Source: Eledone cirrhosa (Eukaryota). Taken from it: a stretch of 64,000 nt of DNA. This document shows positions 1 through 13,639 of this stretch, in pieces. Location of the stretch: NCBI GenBank assembly GCA_964016885.1, contig OZ024765.1, positions 3,782,001 to 3,846,000 on the forward strand. Reading direction: 5' to 3'. Each line of letters opens with the position of its first letter. Position 1 is the first letter of the stretch. Both the position numbers and the translations under genes were made by a program. A model generated the notes under the pieces. That model saw only the letters and a program-made list of their open reading frames with translations, had not been told where the DNA came from and ran no database searches.

Positions 1-1023
1 CAACTTTAGCTTGGTGATAAAGGGGGACAACTGTGACTTGGTAGCCAGCTTCCGGTTAATATTCAGGTGAGGATTAGGGACTCATCAACGTTATTTTTTT
101 TTAACCTGAGGAGAAACATGGACATTCAGCAACATATAGGTGAACATTGATGCAATTGTCCATAGACCCCCGACCCTCAGCAGTGAGTGTGGGGTCTCTC
201 ATCATCATCATCATGTAATGATATCACACAGGAAGTATTTTAAATACATTCAACGTAAACATTTCTTTGTAATTTAAAATGTTGAAAATTTCTGTCACAC
301 TTCGTTGATTTAAAAAAGTGAAATATTAGAATATTTGAGAATCTGAAAGTTATAAGAGTTACTTCTAGTTCTGATGGTGTCGTTGACTCCCTAACGTAAA
401 ATAAGGCTAATACTTTCAATTAAAACTTAATCACAGAGAAAATCAAAGAAAGAAATTGATTAATTATCGATCTCATTACCTAATTGGTTACTGCCAATGT
501 TCCAGATTCTGTTAAAAAGACATTCCAACCATGACTATCAGGTATATTTTGTATATCTAAACTAAAATAATTAACGCCCAATGTGTTCTTCATTTAATAA
601 GATGTTAGGCTGAAATTTGAGGGATCATTTAACTGCTATTTCTAGCACGTTCAGACCCCTGTATAACCATCCTACATGATACATATTAGTAGTTATTTTG
701 ATAGCTAATGTATATTAAGTTATTTACCATGGGTTGGATACAATTCAAGATGTTTCCGAATGTATTAAAATATCGCAGGATATTATTTTGATATGACACC
801 GGTATTGTTCAGTAGAGGGAAATATTTTCAACGTAACCAGGAACATGTTATCTTTTAAAATTTGGTTTAATCCAGTTATGTAAACAGAGTCCCAGGCTAT
901 CTAAGACAAAAATCTGAACTATAATATATTATAATTACTTCTAATATAATTATATCGTGTAAACAGAGTCCCAGAAACTGAATTATAATATATTATAATC
1001 AGAGATAATTCTCGAGAATTACT

Positions 1024-2475
1024 ATGGAGGACGTTAAACAGTTGGACATTTCTAACACAAATCTGTTTCACAATATAGATACAGTTACACAGACATACAG
1101 TGGTGAGAAACCTTTATCTAATGAAACGTTTACTGAACAAACATCGTTACACGAAAATATTCCTGAATACTGTTGTGAGATTTGTAAAAAAACTTTCTCT
1201 TCAGAAGATGAAGTCATCACACACAAAGAAACACACAAGAGTGAAAAGGCTTTTCTCTGTGAAATATGTGGCAAATATTTTGCCAGTAACAGTTATTTAA
1301 CGAAACACAAAGGAACACACACTGGAGAAGATCTATTTTATTGTGAGATATGTGGGAAATCTTTTATAAATAATTCAAAACTTGTTATCCACAGACGTAC
1401 ACACACTGGAGAGAAACCTTTTTACTGTGAAATATGTGGCAAATCTTTCATCTCCAGCAGTAATTTAACAACACACAAATTAGAACACACTGGAAAGAAA
1501 CCTTTCCATTGTAAAGTATGTGGGGAATCTTTTGTCACTAAAGGAGATTTAAGAAGGCACAAAAGAACACACTCTGGTAATTCTCGTCGTGTTAGCCATA
1601 AACGGAGTGATCCAGTAGAAAAGTTGTATGATTGTGAAATGTGTGGGAAATCATTTGGGTTGAAAGGTAGTTTTACAAGGCATCGAAGAATACACACTGG
1701 AATAAAACCCTTTAGCTGTGAAATATGTGCGATGTCTTTTATTGATAAATCTCATCTTGCTGCCCATAACATGAAACATACCGGAGAAAAACCTTTCAAA
1801 TGTGAAACGTGTGGTAAATCTTTTCAAACGAATGATCACTTAAAAAATCACATTCGAATACACACAGGAGAAAAAAATCGCCATTGTCAAATATGTGGGA
1901 GATCTTTTATTCAGCATACAAGTCTTGTTATTCACTTACGTAGTCACACTGGAGAAAAACCATATCATTGTGAAATGTGTGGGAAATCTTTCGTTTCAAA
2001 ACATAGTTTAGTGGAACATGAAAGAAGACATACTGGTGAAAAACCGTTTCATTGTGAAATATGTGGGAAATCATTTATTACTAATATGCAACTAGCTAAC
2101 CACATCAAGTGTCACACGGGGGAAAAATCGTTCCACTGTGAAATCTGTGGGGCATCTTTTATCGATAGCAGCAATTTAAGGACACATAAAAGGATCCACA
2201 CTGGAGAAAAACCTTTTCGTTGTGAAACATGCAGGAAATCCTTCACACAGAAAGCTCATCTTTCACGTCACAATGCAATACACACGGGAGAACGACCTTT
2301 TCCTTGTGATACATGTGGACAATCATTTGTCGGAAACAGTGACTTAACAAAGCACAAAAGAATCCACACAGGAGAAAAACCCTACCATTGTGAAATATGT
2401 GGGAAATCGTTTACCAATAGCAGTGACTTAAAAAGACACAAACAAACACATACTAGAGTGAGAGCTATTAAATGA
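1024..2475 (+). CDS. C2H2 zinc-finger protein, 483 aa, 15 intact fingers plus one internally deleted remnant
   Basis: Uninterrupted ORF with CxxC-12-HxxxH repeats and TGEKPF/Y linkers. The ~50-aa N-terminal leader is shared with the two downstream paralogues. No KRAB/BTB/ZAD domain recognised. Confidence 0.92.
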   Translation: MEDVKQLDISNTNLFHNIDTVTQTYSGEKPLSNETFTEQTSLHENIPEYCCEICKKTFSSEDEVITHKETHKSEKAFLCEICGKYFASNSYLTKHKGTHTGEDLFYCEICGKSFINNSKLVIHRRTHTGEKPFYCEICGKSFISSSNLTTHKLEHTGKKPFHCKVCGESFVTKGDLRRHKRTHSGNSRRVSHKRSDPVEKLYDCEMCGKSFGLKGSFTRHRRIHTGIKPFSCEICAMSFIDKSHLAAHNMKHTGEKPFKCETCGKSFQTNDHLKNHIRIHTGEKNRHCQICGRSFIQHTSLVIHLRSHTGEKPYHCEMCGKSFVSKHSLVEHERRHTGEKPFHCEICGKSFITNMQLANHIKCHTGEKSFHCEICGASFIDSSNLRTHKRIHTGEKPFRCETCRKSFTQKAHLSRHNAIHTGERPFPCDTCGQSFVGNSDLTKHKRIHTGEKPYHCEICGKSFTNSSDLKRHKQTHTRVRAIK

Positions 2476-2494
2476 GGACGTTGAGAAACTTTAT

Positions 2495-2750
2495 TTAAAT
2501 CTAAATATACTGTCTACCAACATGTACACGCTGGAGGGAGGACTTTAAACTGTGAACCTTGAGAAATATTTCTTATATAAATCTAAATATATTGTCTACC
2601 AACATGTACACACTGGAGGGAAGACTTTAAACTGAACCTTGAGAAATCTTATATAAATCTAAATATATTGTCTACCAACATGTAAACACTGAAGGGAAGA
2701 CTAATGTAAATTTAAATATATTGTCTACCAACATGTACACATTGGAGAAT
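2495..2750 (+). repeat. ~82-bp tandem repeat (about 3 decaying copies) derived from a dead zinc-finger unit, 3' of ZNF-1
   Basis: Unit aaatctaaatatattgtctaccaacatgtacacactggagggaagactttaaactgtgaaccttgagaaat retains the cacactggag (HTG) linker and tgtgaa (CE). Confidence 0.75.
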
Positions 2751-3394
2751 ATTTATCATAATGAAATATGTTAGAAATCATTCTCTGTTAATCCTCATCT
2801 TGTAGTCTACAAATGTGCTCTCATCTGAAAGAAACTCTTTCACTAAAATATTAGGGAAATCCTTATTTATGGTATATAAACTTGTTGATAAATATATACA
2901 CACTGGACAAATACATGTATATATCCTTGTGAAATATATGGGGTATCATTCTGTGTGAAATAAGTCTACACTTGCAGTTTTCACCTGAAGACTTGTGAAA
3001 AATAAAACTACATCAATATGAAATTTTGTGATAAAACATTCAATTTTCTATGTAAATTGAAATACAATTTTATAAAGATATTAAAATATTTTTATTGGAA
3101 ATCTCAATTATACTTTTTGCTTGTTTTCTGAACAGAAGGAAATATTTTATTTCAAAATTCATTCACAGCTGAAAACACTTTATAACAAAATATTATTTAA
3201 TAAATTTATCTCTCTGTAAATAAACATTTCAGAGTTGTTAAGAAATTTTCTGGCATGAATAAAGCCAGTGACATCCTTATAAGAAAATACTATGGTCACA
3301 AAACAACTGGATTGTGGTATCTTTGATAGGGAAATAGTAATTTTGATATCTTCCTCCCTACCTAGCTTTCTATAACTGGTCAACTGCCTCTATC

Positions 3395-3591
3395 TTAACC
3401 CTTTAGCATTTAAACCAGCTGTATCTGGACAGAATTCTGTTCAAACTGGCTGTAACCGACCACTCATACTGATGTTAAGATGTTGTCCTCAAAATGAATA
3501 ATATCAAAATCTCATCGATTCAATGTTATGTGAGGTAAAGCCTTTTCCATGAAAAGGCAATAGTAAATATAGAGTAATGTTAATGGGTTAA
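3395..3591. mobile_element. piggyBac-type MITE (short form)
   Basis: TTAA-CCCTTTAGCATT left end, degenerate ...GGG-TTAA right end. Internal sequence matches the other copies. Confidence 0.75.
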
Positions 3592-3799
3592 GACAAAACA
3601 ACAACAATATCTACCTACTTAACTATACCGTGTGTGTTTATTGTGTAGGTCACCAACTCTAGCAGAGTTGTCACATTCTTTCTATTTAGATATCTATGGA
3701 TCAATCTGTCTATCTATTTATCTATCTATCTGTAGACAGGGCAGACCGGAATAAATGGTTTGGAACCCGCGGGCTGTTTTCTATAAATTTACCTAAATT

Positions 3800-3960
3800 T
3801 TGTCTTGGGGGAAACCAACCGGTAGACCACGGGCAAGATGGTTGGATAACATCTATGAGCTTGAGGGATCCAGCCAGATCAGTTGGAGACGGTTGCTTCT
3901 GACAGGACCCACTGGAAGAAGAGTTTGAGGACTCTGCCTCCACGACCCTCCCAGGGAGAA
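3800..3960 (+). mobile_element. LINE (RTE-like) 3' end fragment
   Basis: Reads GRPRARWLDNI-like. A homologous reverse copy lies at about 43885-44020. Confidence 0.55.
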
Positions 3961-4074
3961 GTGGTTGCTTTCCTGCAATTAATTTTCTTTAGACACTAAA
4001 AACATTGTACATGACTAGAGATTCCATACGTTATAAAATAAATGGGACGAGTTGGGGGTCTCAATATGTAAACT

Positions 4075-4626
4075 TTGGTTTATTTTTTTAATTCTTCAAC
4101 ATGTATAAAAATATAATAATATGATATATCATCATCATCATCATCATTTTACGTCCGGTTTTCCCTGCGTGCAAGGGTGGGATGGGTCCTATTCATCACA
4201 GCATCTCTCCACTTGTCACGGTCCTTCGTCATTGAACAATAATGATAAAGGAAAGAAAAAAGGGGGAGGTGGGGGAGAAATTCACCATCAAGTGCGACAA
4301 TCGGCCGCACCTCACCCTTTAGGGGTTAACTACACGCTTTCAGGCAAGCCAACAACCTTGCAGCACTACCACGGGCATCACCTGACACCTAGGTGAGGTG
4401 ATGGCGAGGCTAAGGCGCTGAAATAACCAGGTACTCACACAGGCATCGATCGCCTGACACCTCGGTAAGGTGAGGCTAAGGCGCTGAAATAACCAGGTAC
4501 TCACACGGGCATCGCCTGACACTTCGGTAAGGCGAGGCTAAGGCGCTGAAATAACCAGGTACTCACACGGGCATCGATCGCCTGACACCTCGGTAAGGTG
4601 AGGCGCCAGAGATAGATCGGAGGGTT
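4075..4626 (-). mobile_element. Composite insertion with a 14-bp target-site duplication: LINE/SINE tail plus CRE-like retrotransposon fragment with a 62-66 bp internal tandem repeat
   Basis: TCAATATGTAAACT at 4061-4074 and 4627-4640. An uninterrupted host repeat is seen at about 39710-39840. The minus strand reads LTEVSGDARVSTWLFQRLSLA repeatedly. Confidence 0.65.
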
Positions 4627-5255
4627 TCAATATGTAAACTAAACGACAACAAATTCTGGTCTTTTAAAAACCAACAGAAACAAGCTAGAAAAAATTATCA
4701 AATTTCCAGCCCCATTCCCACCCCACTTATTCTACACACATACACCCACCTCTCTATTATTTGGGACCCAGGAGTACTTATATTTACCGAAAGCAAAGAT
4801 ATAATTTAAAGAGTTTCTGAACGTATTAAATTAGGTCGGGGACTTTTATCGTCTGACACCGGCGTCTTCAGACATTTTTAACATCGCAACACAGTTTGTA
4901 TCTGTTATCATTTCCTCTTATCTAATTATAATTTACATTTTATTTAATTATAATTACACTTGATATAATTGTATTTACATCTTACTTAATTATAATTACA
5001 TCTGATGTAATTATATTTACATCTAATTTAATTATAATCTACGTCTGGTACAATTATATTTACAGCTAATATAAATATGATTTACAGCGAAACTAATTAT
5101 ATTTTACAGTTTATCATTTAAGACGAGAAACTGAATTATAATAGATTATAATTACATTTAATCTAATTATATCGTGTAAACAGAGTCCCGGGATATCTAA
5201 GACAAGAAAGTGAACTATAATAAATTATAATTACAGATAATTCTCGAGAATTACT

Positions 5256-6845
5256 ATGGAGGATGTTAAACCCTTTGATTTTTCTAACACAACTGTGTTT
5301 AACAATATAAATACAGTTACACAGACATACAGCGATGAGAAACCTTTATCTAATGAAACATTTACTGAACAAACATCGTTACACGGAAATATTCCTGAAT
5401 ATTGTTGTGAGATTTGTAAGAAAACTTTCTCTTCAGAAGATGAAGTCATCACACACAAAGAAACACACAAGAGTGAGAAACCTTTCCACTGTGAAATTTG
5501 TGGCAAATCTTTTAATCAGAAAGCACATCTTGTTATCCACATTAGACGTCATACAGGCGAAAGACCTTATCCTTGTGATATATGTGGTAAATCTTTTGTC
5601 AGTAATGGTCCCTTGAAGAAACACAGAATGTCTCACACTGGAGAAAGACCATTCCACTGCGAAATTTGTGGTAAATGCTATATGACCAACTCACAGCTTA
5701 TTGAACATATACGTAGTCACACCGGAGAAAAACCATTTGAATGTGAAATATGTGGGAAGCATTTTGTCTGCAAGGGGAATTTAACAACTCACAAACGATT
5801 CCATACTGGTTTAAAACTATTTTATTGTGAAATATGTGGCAAATCTTGTGTCAGTAATTCTAATCTAGTTTCACACAGACGTAGCCACACTGGAGAGAAA
5901 CCTTTTCCCTGTGAAATATGTGGGAAATCATTTTTTAACAGCAGTTGTTTAAGGACCCACAAACGAATCCATACTGGAGAGAAACCCTACCACTGTGAAA
6001 TATGTGGCAAAACTTTCGTCTCTAACAGTGATTTAACAAAACACAAAAGAATGCATACAGGTGAGAAACCCTATAATTGTGACATATGTGGGAAATATTT
6101 TAGCGTCAAGAGTTGTTTAACGAAACACAAAAGAATTCACAGCGGAGAAAAACCTTTCCACTGTGGAACATGTGAGAAATCTTTCATCAGTAGTAATGCT
6201 TTAAAATCACACACAAGAATACACACTGGAGAAAAACACTACCGTTGTGAAATATGTGGAGAGGGTTTTGTTACTTACAGTAGGTTTGTAAGACACAAAA
6301 ATATACATATTGAGGGCAAACTATTCCCTTGTGAAATATGTGGAAAATCTTTCTTTGACAACTCTAAACTTACACGGCACATACGAATACACACTGGAGA
6401 AAAACCCTACCATTGCAAAATATGTGGGAAATCTTTCTCTGATAAAACTAGCTTTATCTACCACGAAAAAACACACACTGGAGAAAAACCTTATCGCTGT
6501 GAAATATGTGGGAAGTCTTTTGTAATGAACTGTACTTTAACAGCTCACAGAACTATACATACTGGAGAAAAACCTTACACTTGTGAAATATGTGGCAAAT
6601 CTTTCACTCTCAATTCCTATCTTGTTGTTCATAAGAGAATGCACACAGGGGAAAAACCTTACTTTTGTGAAATATGTGAGAAATCTTTTAGTAGCAATGG
6701 GTATCTAAAGGTTCATAGACAAATCCATACTGGAGAAAAACCCCACCACTGTGAAATATGTGGCAAATGTTTTGTTACTAACAGTGACTTAAAGAAACAC
6801 AGAAGAGTTCACACAGGAAAAAAGAAATTTAAATGTGAACCTTGA
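5256..6845 (+). CDS. C2H2 zinc-finger protein, 529 aa, 17 fingers
   Basis: Uninterrupted ORF with 17 C2H2 repeats and canonical linkers. Ends in a dead finger (CEP-stop). Confidence 0.93.
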   Translation: MEDVKPFDFSNTTVFNNINTVTQTYSDEKPLSNETFTEQTSLHGNIPEYCCEICKKTFSSEDEVITHKETHKSEKPFHCEICGKSFNQKAHLVIHIRRHTGERPYPCDICGKSFVSNGPLKKHRMSHTGERPFHCEICGKCYMTNSQLIEHIRSHTGEKPFECEICGKHFVCKGNLTTHKRFHTGLKLFYCEICGKSCVSNSNLVSHRRSHTGEKPFPCEICGKSFFNSSCLRTHKRIHTGEKPYHCEICGKTFVSNSDLTKHKRMHTGEKPYNCDICGKYFSVKSCLTKHKRIHSGEKPFHCGTCEKSFISSNALKSHTRIHTGEKHYRCEICGEGFVTYSRFVRHKNIHIEGKLFPCEICGKSFFDNSKLTRHIRIHTGEKPYHCKICGKSFSDKTSFIYHEKTHTGEKPYRCEICGKSFVMNCTLTAHRTIHTGEKPYTCEICGKSFTLNSYLVVHKRMHTGEKPYFCEICEKSFSSNGYLKVHRQIHTGEKPHHCEICGKCFVTNSDLKKHRRVHTGKKKFKCEP

Positions 6846-7138
6846 AAAATATCTCTCTCTTGTAAATCTAAAGATATCTCTCTCTCTTGTAAATCTAGAT
6901 ATTGTCTCTCTCGTAAATCTTAATATGTTGACCAACATGTACACATTGGAGAATATTTATATCAGAAATAATTCTCTATTAATTCTCATCTTGTAGTCTA
7001 CAAATCTGCATTCACTTGAGAGAAACCCTTTCACTAAAATATTTGGAAAATCCTTATTTGTGGTGTATAAACTTGTTGACAAATATATACACACTGGACA
7101 AATATGTGTATATCAACAGCTAAACAACCATCTGGTTA

Positions 7139-7606
7139 TTAACCCTTTAGCATTTAAACCAGCTGTATCCAGCCAGAATTCTTTCACTTCTTTCTGTTCA
7201 AACTGGCTGTATCTGGCCACTCATACTAATGTTAAGGTATTGTTCTTAAAATAAATAATATCAAAATCTCATAGATTCGATATTATGTGAGGTAAAGCCT
7301 TTACTGTGAAAATACAATAGTATATATAGAGTAATGTAAATGTTATGTGAGGTATTATGTGGGGTAAAGACTTTACTGTGAAAATACAATAGTATATATA
7401 GAGTAATGTAAATGTTATGTGAGGTAAAGCCTTTACTGTGAACATACAATAGTATATATAGAGTAATATAAATGTTATGTGAGGTAAAGCCTTTACTGTG
7501 AACATACAATAGTTTATATAGAGTAATGTAAATGTTATGTGAGGTAAAGCCTTTACTGTGAAAATACAATAGTATATATAGGGTAATGTAAATGCTAAAG
7601 AGTTAA
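7139..7606. mobile_element. piggyBac-type MITE with internal 60/72-bp repeats
   Basis: TTAA-CCCTTTAGCATT ... AATGCTAAAGAG-TTAA, about 5 internal units. Confidence 0.8.
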
Positions 7607-8051
7607 ACTAACCGATTGGTAAATTATAATAAAATGAAGTGAAATCCAATAGGTGTATATGTTTTTATTGGCAGTATGACTATCCGAAAGAATAATAATA
7701 ATATATATATATCTCATAGAGGAGATGATGAATGGAGAGATGCTGTGCTGAAAAGGACCCGTCTCGCCTTTGCAAGGAAGTAAAAGCAGACAAAATGATG
7801 ATGATGACATAAATAAAGTTGTCCCTGATATTCGCAAGAGTTATGTTCCTATAGCACCTGCGAAGAGTGAAAAACCACAAATATTGGACGTGGTTCATAA
7901 AAATGCCTATAAATGTGAAAATATAATGTAAAAAAGAGGCCAGCAAATATGGATATCATAAAAAAATTGTGGAAGATATTTACGAGAATATGCGATGGTT
8001 TCCACAAACAAGTATTAATTAGGTTCTAAGGAACATTCCGAGATTACACTA

Positions 8052-8345
8052 CATCATTATCATTTTACGTCCGCTTTTCCTTGCTTGCAAGGGTGGGACG
8101 GGAACTGATTCTGGTTTGATTTCTACAGCTGGATGCCCTTCCTAACATTAACCTCATTTACAGTGAGTGCTGGGTGCTTTTTTTTCCCGTGGCACCTCCA
8201 CGACCACTTTGCAGTGGAATGATAGGGACCCCAGTCCCTATCATCTCATTTCTACAGCTGAGTAAACTGGAGCAATGTGAAATAAAGTGTCTTGCTCAAG
8301 GAAACAACACATCACCCGGTCTGAGAATTGAACTCATAACCTACA
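8052..8345 (-). mobile_element. tRNA-derived SINE, family A (5'-truncated)
   Basis: Matches the full copy at 17750-18078 and carries the (CAT)n tail. Confidence 0.75.
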
Positions 8346-8349
8346 TATA

Positions 8350-8535
8350 TAATTGTTTCTACTTTAGGCACAAGGCCAGCAATTACCCAGTGCATTACTG
8401 GTACTTTATTTTATCGACCCCGTAAGGATGAAAGGCAAAGTCAACCTCGGCGGGATTTGAACTCAGATCGTAAAGGGACGTAACTATGCTGGAAAGCATG
8501 GCGTCCGACCCTCTACCGATACTGCCAATCCATCG
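8350..8535 (-). mobile_element. tRNA-derived SINE, family B
   Basis: Minus strand has ggcagtatcggtagag (A-box-like) and gagttcaaatccc (B-box), then gtcgataaaataaagtaccag. More than 10 copies in the window. Confidence 0.75.
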
Positions 8536-8554
8536 CATATATAATGTATGCATG

Positions 8555-8646
8555 TATGTAAAAGGTAAACAGAAATAACAAAACAAACGGTACAGTATAT
8601 GGAAAGAATATATTAGTTTAACGCTTGAAATAGCAAGAAGAGGGTC

Positions 8647-8647
<1 letters not shown>
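8555..8647 (-). mobile_element. Short element homologous to the sequence immediately 3' of the hammerhead at 10061-10096
   Basis: Reverse complement of 10094-10186, abutting (TA)n. A third copy lies at about 15496-15620. Confidence 0.7.
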
Positions 8648-8682
<35 letters not shown>

Positions 8683-8683
8683 T

Positions 8684-8850
8684 AGGCACATGGCTTAGTG
8701 ATTAGAGCGTTGGCTTTGCAATCGAAAGGTTGTGAGTTCAATTCTCAGACTGGGTGATGTGTTGTTTCCTTGAGCAAGACACTTTATTTCACTTTGCTCC
8801 AGTTTACTCAGCTGTAGAAATGAGATGATAGGACTGCGGTCCCTATCATT
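8684..8850 (+). mobile_element. SINE family A, 5' half
   Basis: ggcacatggcttagtgattagagcg...gagttcaattc head followed by ccttgagcaagacactt. Confidence 0.75.
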
Positions 8851-8989
8851 AAATTACCCAAAACACCTCCAACGAGATATACCTTGGAGGCCAGCTAAAC
8901 CTGCATAGGTGTGAGCTGTCACACACTGCATCCGTCTCTCACTCTCTCCCCATCTCTCACTATTATGAGCAAATGAGGGCCCATGCACT

Positions 8990-9880
8990 GGCCACTCTGG
9001 TAGACAGAATAGAGAAGGCGTTTCCCCACAGGATAGTGTGGGAGACGCCTTGGAAGAGCCATTCTAGCTTGTGAGGCTCACACCTGCGAGTAGACAACTC
9101 TGTGGTGGTGAGTAGGGAGGTGGCCCTAGGGACAAGGACATCAGAAGTCTCCACTGCTACAGGTAACCAACTCTGCTAATGGTGGTAAGTAGGGAGATAG
9201 CCCCAGGGCCAAGGACACCAGAGGTCTCCACTACTACAGGTAGCCAACTCTGTGCTGATGGTGGTGAGTAGGGAGGTGTTCCTAGGGCCAAGGACACCAG
9301 AAGTCTCCACTGCTACAGGTAGCCTACTCTGTGGTAATGGCAGTGAGTAGGGAGGTAGTCCTAGGGCCAAGGACACCAGAGGTCTCCACTGCTACAGGTA
9401 GCCAACTCTGTGCTGATGGCAGTGAGTAGGGAGGTAGTCCTAGGGCCAAGGACACCAGAAGTCTCCACTGCTACAGGTAGCCAACTCTGTGGTGATGGAA
9501 GTGAGTAGGGAGGTGGTCCTAGGGCCAAGGACACCAGAGGTCTCCACTGCTACAGGTAGCCAACTCTGTGCTGATGGCAGTGAGTAGGGAGGTAGTCCTA
9601 GGGCCAAGGACACCAGAGGTCTCCACTGCTACAGGTAGCCAACTCTGTGCTGATGGCAGTGAGTAGGGAGGTAGTCCTAGGGCCAAGGACACCAGAAGTC
9701 TCCACTGCTACAGGTAGCCAACTCTGTGGTGATGGAAGTGAGTAGGGAGGTAGTCCTAGGGCCAAGGACACCAGAGGTCTCCACTGCTACAGGTAACCAA
9801 CTCTGTGGTGATGGCAGTGAGTAGGGAGGTAGCCCTAGGGCCAAGGACACCAGAAGTCTCCACTGCTACAGGTTCATCCA
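8990..9880 (-). repeat. 79-bp minisatellite (~10 copies) amplified inside a CRE-like non-LTR retrotransposon C-terminal fragment
   Basis: Period of 79 (gtctcc at 9303, 9382, 9461). The minus strand reads EPVAVETSGVLGPRATSLLT and continues EPHKLEWLFQGVSHTILWGNAFSI. Confidence 0.8.
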
Positions 9881-10060
9881 CAACAATGATCCAGATGGCA
9901 TTTTTTAATGTTTTTTTTAAAGTAACTGAAAAAAAGTTTTAAATGGTTATAAATTTTTCTTTTGTCTTCTGGTATATATATATGTGTGTGCCTTGAGACA
10001 AGAGATTAAGATTATTTTTCAGGTTTGTATATATATACATATATATTATTTCTCATTCTT

Positions 10061-10096
10061 TCTTCTGATGAAGGACTAGCGTCCGAAACGTTAAGA
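10061..10096 (+). ncRNA. Minimal type I hammerhead ribozyme motif (palindromic ACGU stem III)
   Basis: tctt CTGATGA a GGAC tagc GTCC GAAA cg TT aaga. Stem I tctt/aaga, stem II 4 bp. Confidence 0.65.
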
Positions 10097-10315
10097 CCCT
10101 CTTCCTGCTATATCAAGCGTTAACCTAATATATTCCTTCCATATACTGTACCGATTGTGTTGTTATTTCTGTTTACCTTTTACATATATATATATAGTTG
10201 TTATACTTTGGGAGGGTCATGTTGCCAATAAGAAACACACGCACCATTTGCTTTCACTCCAATTTATTATAAATTTCCGGTTGGTTGGTTCCACAACCGG
10301 ACGGTTGTTCATATA

Positions 10316-10356
10316 TTGTCCAAGTTCTTTCGTCACACATTCTGTGACCTCTTCAG
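10316..10356 (-). ncRNA. Hammerhead motif, 5'-truncated by a SINE junction
   Basis: Minus strand CTGAAGA g GTCACA gaatg TGTGAC GAAA gaac TT ggac. The 5' strand of stem I is replaced by SINE sequence. Confidence 0.45.
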
Positions 10357-11155
10357 TGTTTTGCTCAAGAACACTAAACACAACCCAGTCCAGGAATCAA
10401 ACACATTCACTATGGTCTATAGCAGGGGTTCTCAACCTTTTTTTCGCTGTGGACCACCAAAATAAGTAATATTTTCCTGTGGACCACCTAAACTTTTAAA
10501 TCTTTTGTAATAGAACTGCTACTTATAAGCATCAGTAGATGTTTTTGTTCAATGAATTAGAAAATTCTATTATCATGTCGCAGTGCCTAAAAATTTACGC
10601 AAATAAACAGCCGAAGTCGTACTTATGCGAAGAATAAGAACAGCGCTTTAAATGCATGGATCAAATAATTGTTTCTACTTTTGGCACAAGGACAGCAATT
10701 ATCCCAGTGCATTACTGGTACTTTATTCTATCGACCCCGTAAGGATTAAAGGCAAAGTTAACCTCAACGGGATTTGAACTCAGACCGTAAAGGGACGTAA
10801 CTCTATGCTGGAAATCATATTTACCAAATAATAATAAAAATTCTTCTTATAAACTTTATCTTCTCAGAGCTTTATAGTAGAGGTCGAAGTATCGATCCGA
10901 ATAATCAATCAGGTAATACATGATGGGGTCATACACAATAACCAGCGTAGCAGTATCTGCTTTAAATACTACAAAGAAAAAGGTGATGCTCTACAGGAAC
11001 TATTAACGTGTGTCACCGGTTCATTTTTCAGGGTCCAATTATTTTCAACGACACCGGGAACTTGTAAATATATCGTGTAAACAGAGTCCCAGGATATCTA
11101 CACAAGAAACTGAACTATAATAGATTATAATTAGAGATAATTCTCGGAAATTACT

Positions 11156-12842
<1,687 letters not shown>

Positions 12843-12907
12843 AAACGTAGTCACACTAGAAAAAAACCCTTCAAATAGGAAATCCTTTGACTCTAATAGT
12901 GATTTAA

Positions 12908-13105
<198 letters not shown>

Positions 13106-13319
13106 TGACATTTGTGAACAGTCATTTAACAAAACAAAAACATCCACATTAGGGAAAAACCCTAATATTGTGAAATATATGGGAAATATTTTATTACTAA
13201 TTCCCATTTAACACAAAGGAACACACACTGGAGAAAAAACCTTTTCAATGTGGGACATTTTTCATACAGAATATTGATCTAACTGTTCACAAAAGCACAC
13301 ACACTGTGATACTGATTGA

Positions 13320-13481
<162 letters not shown>

Positions 13482-13639
13482 TAAAATTACATACAAGTAC
13501 ACACACTGGAGAAAAGCCCTACCACTGTCACATTTGTGAAGTCTTGTCAGAAACGATTGTTTAACAAAACACAAAAAAAATCCATGCCAGGGAAAGTCTG
13601 TTATATTGTGAAATATAACATTAGTAGTGTGTTAAAAAA

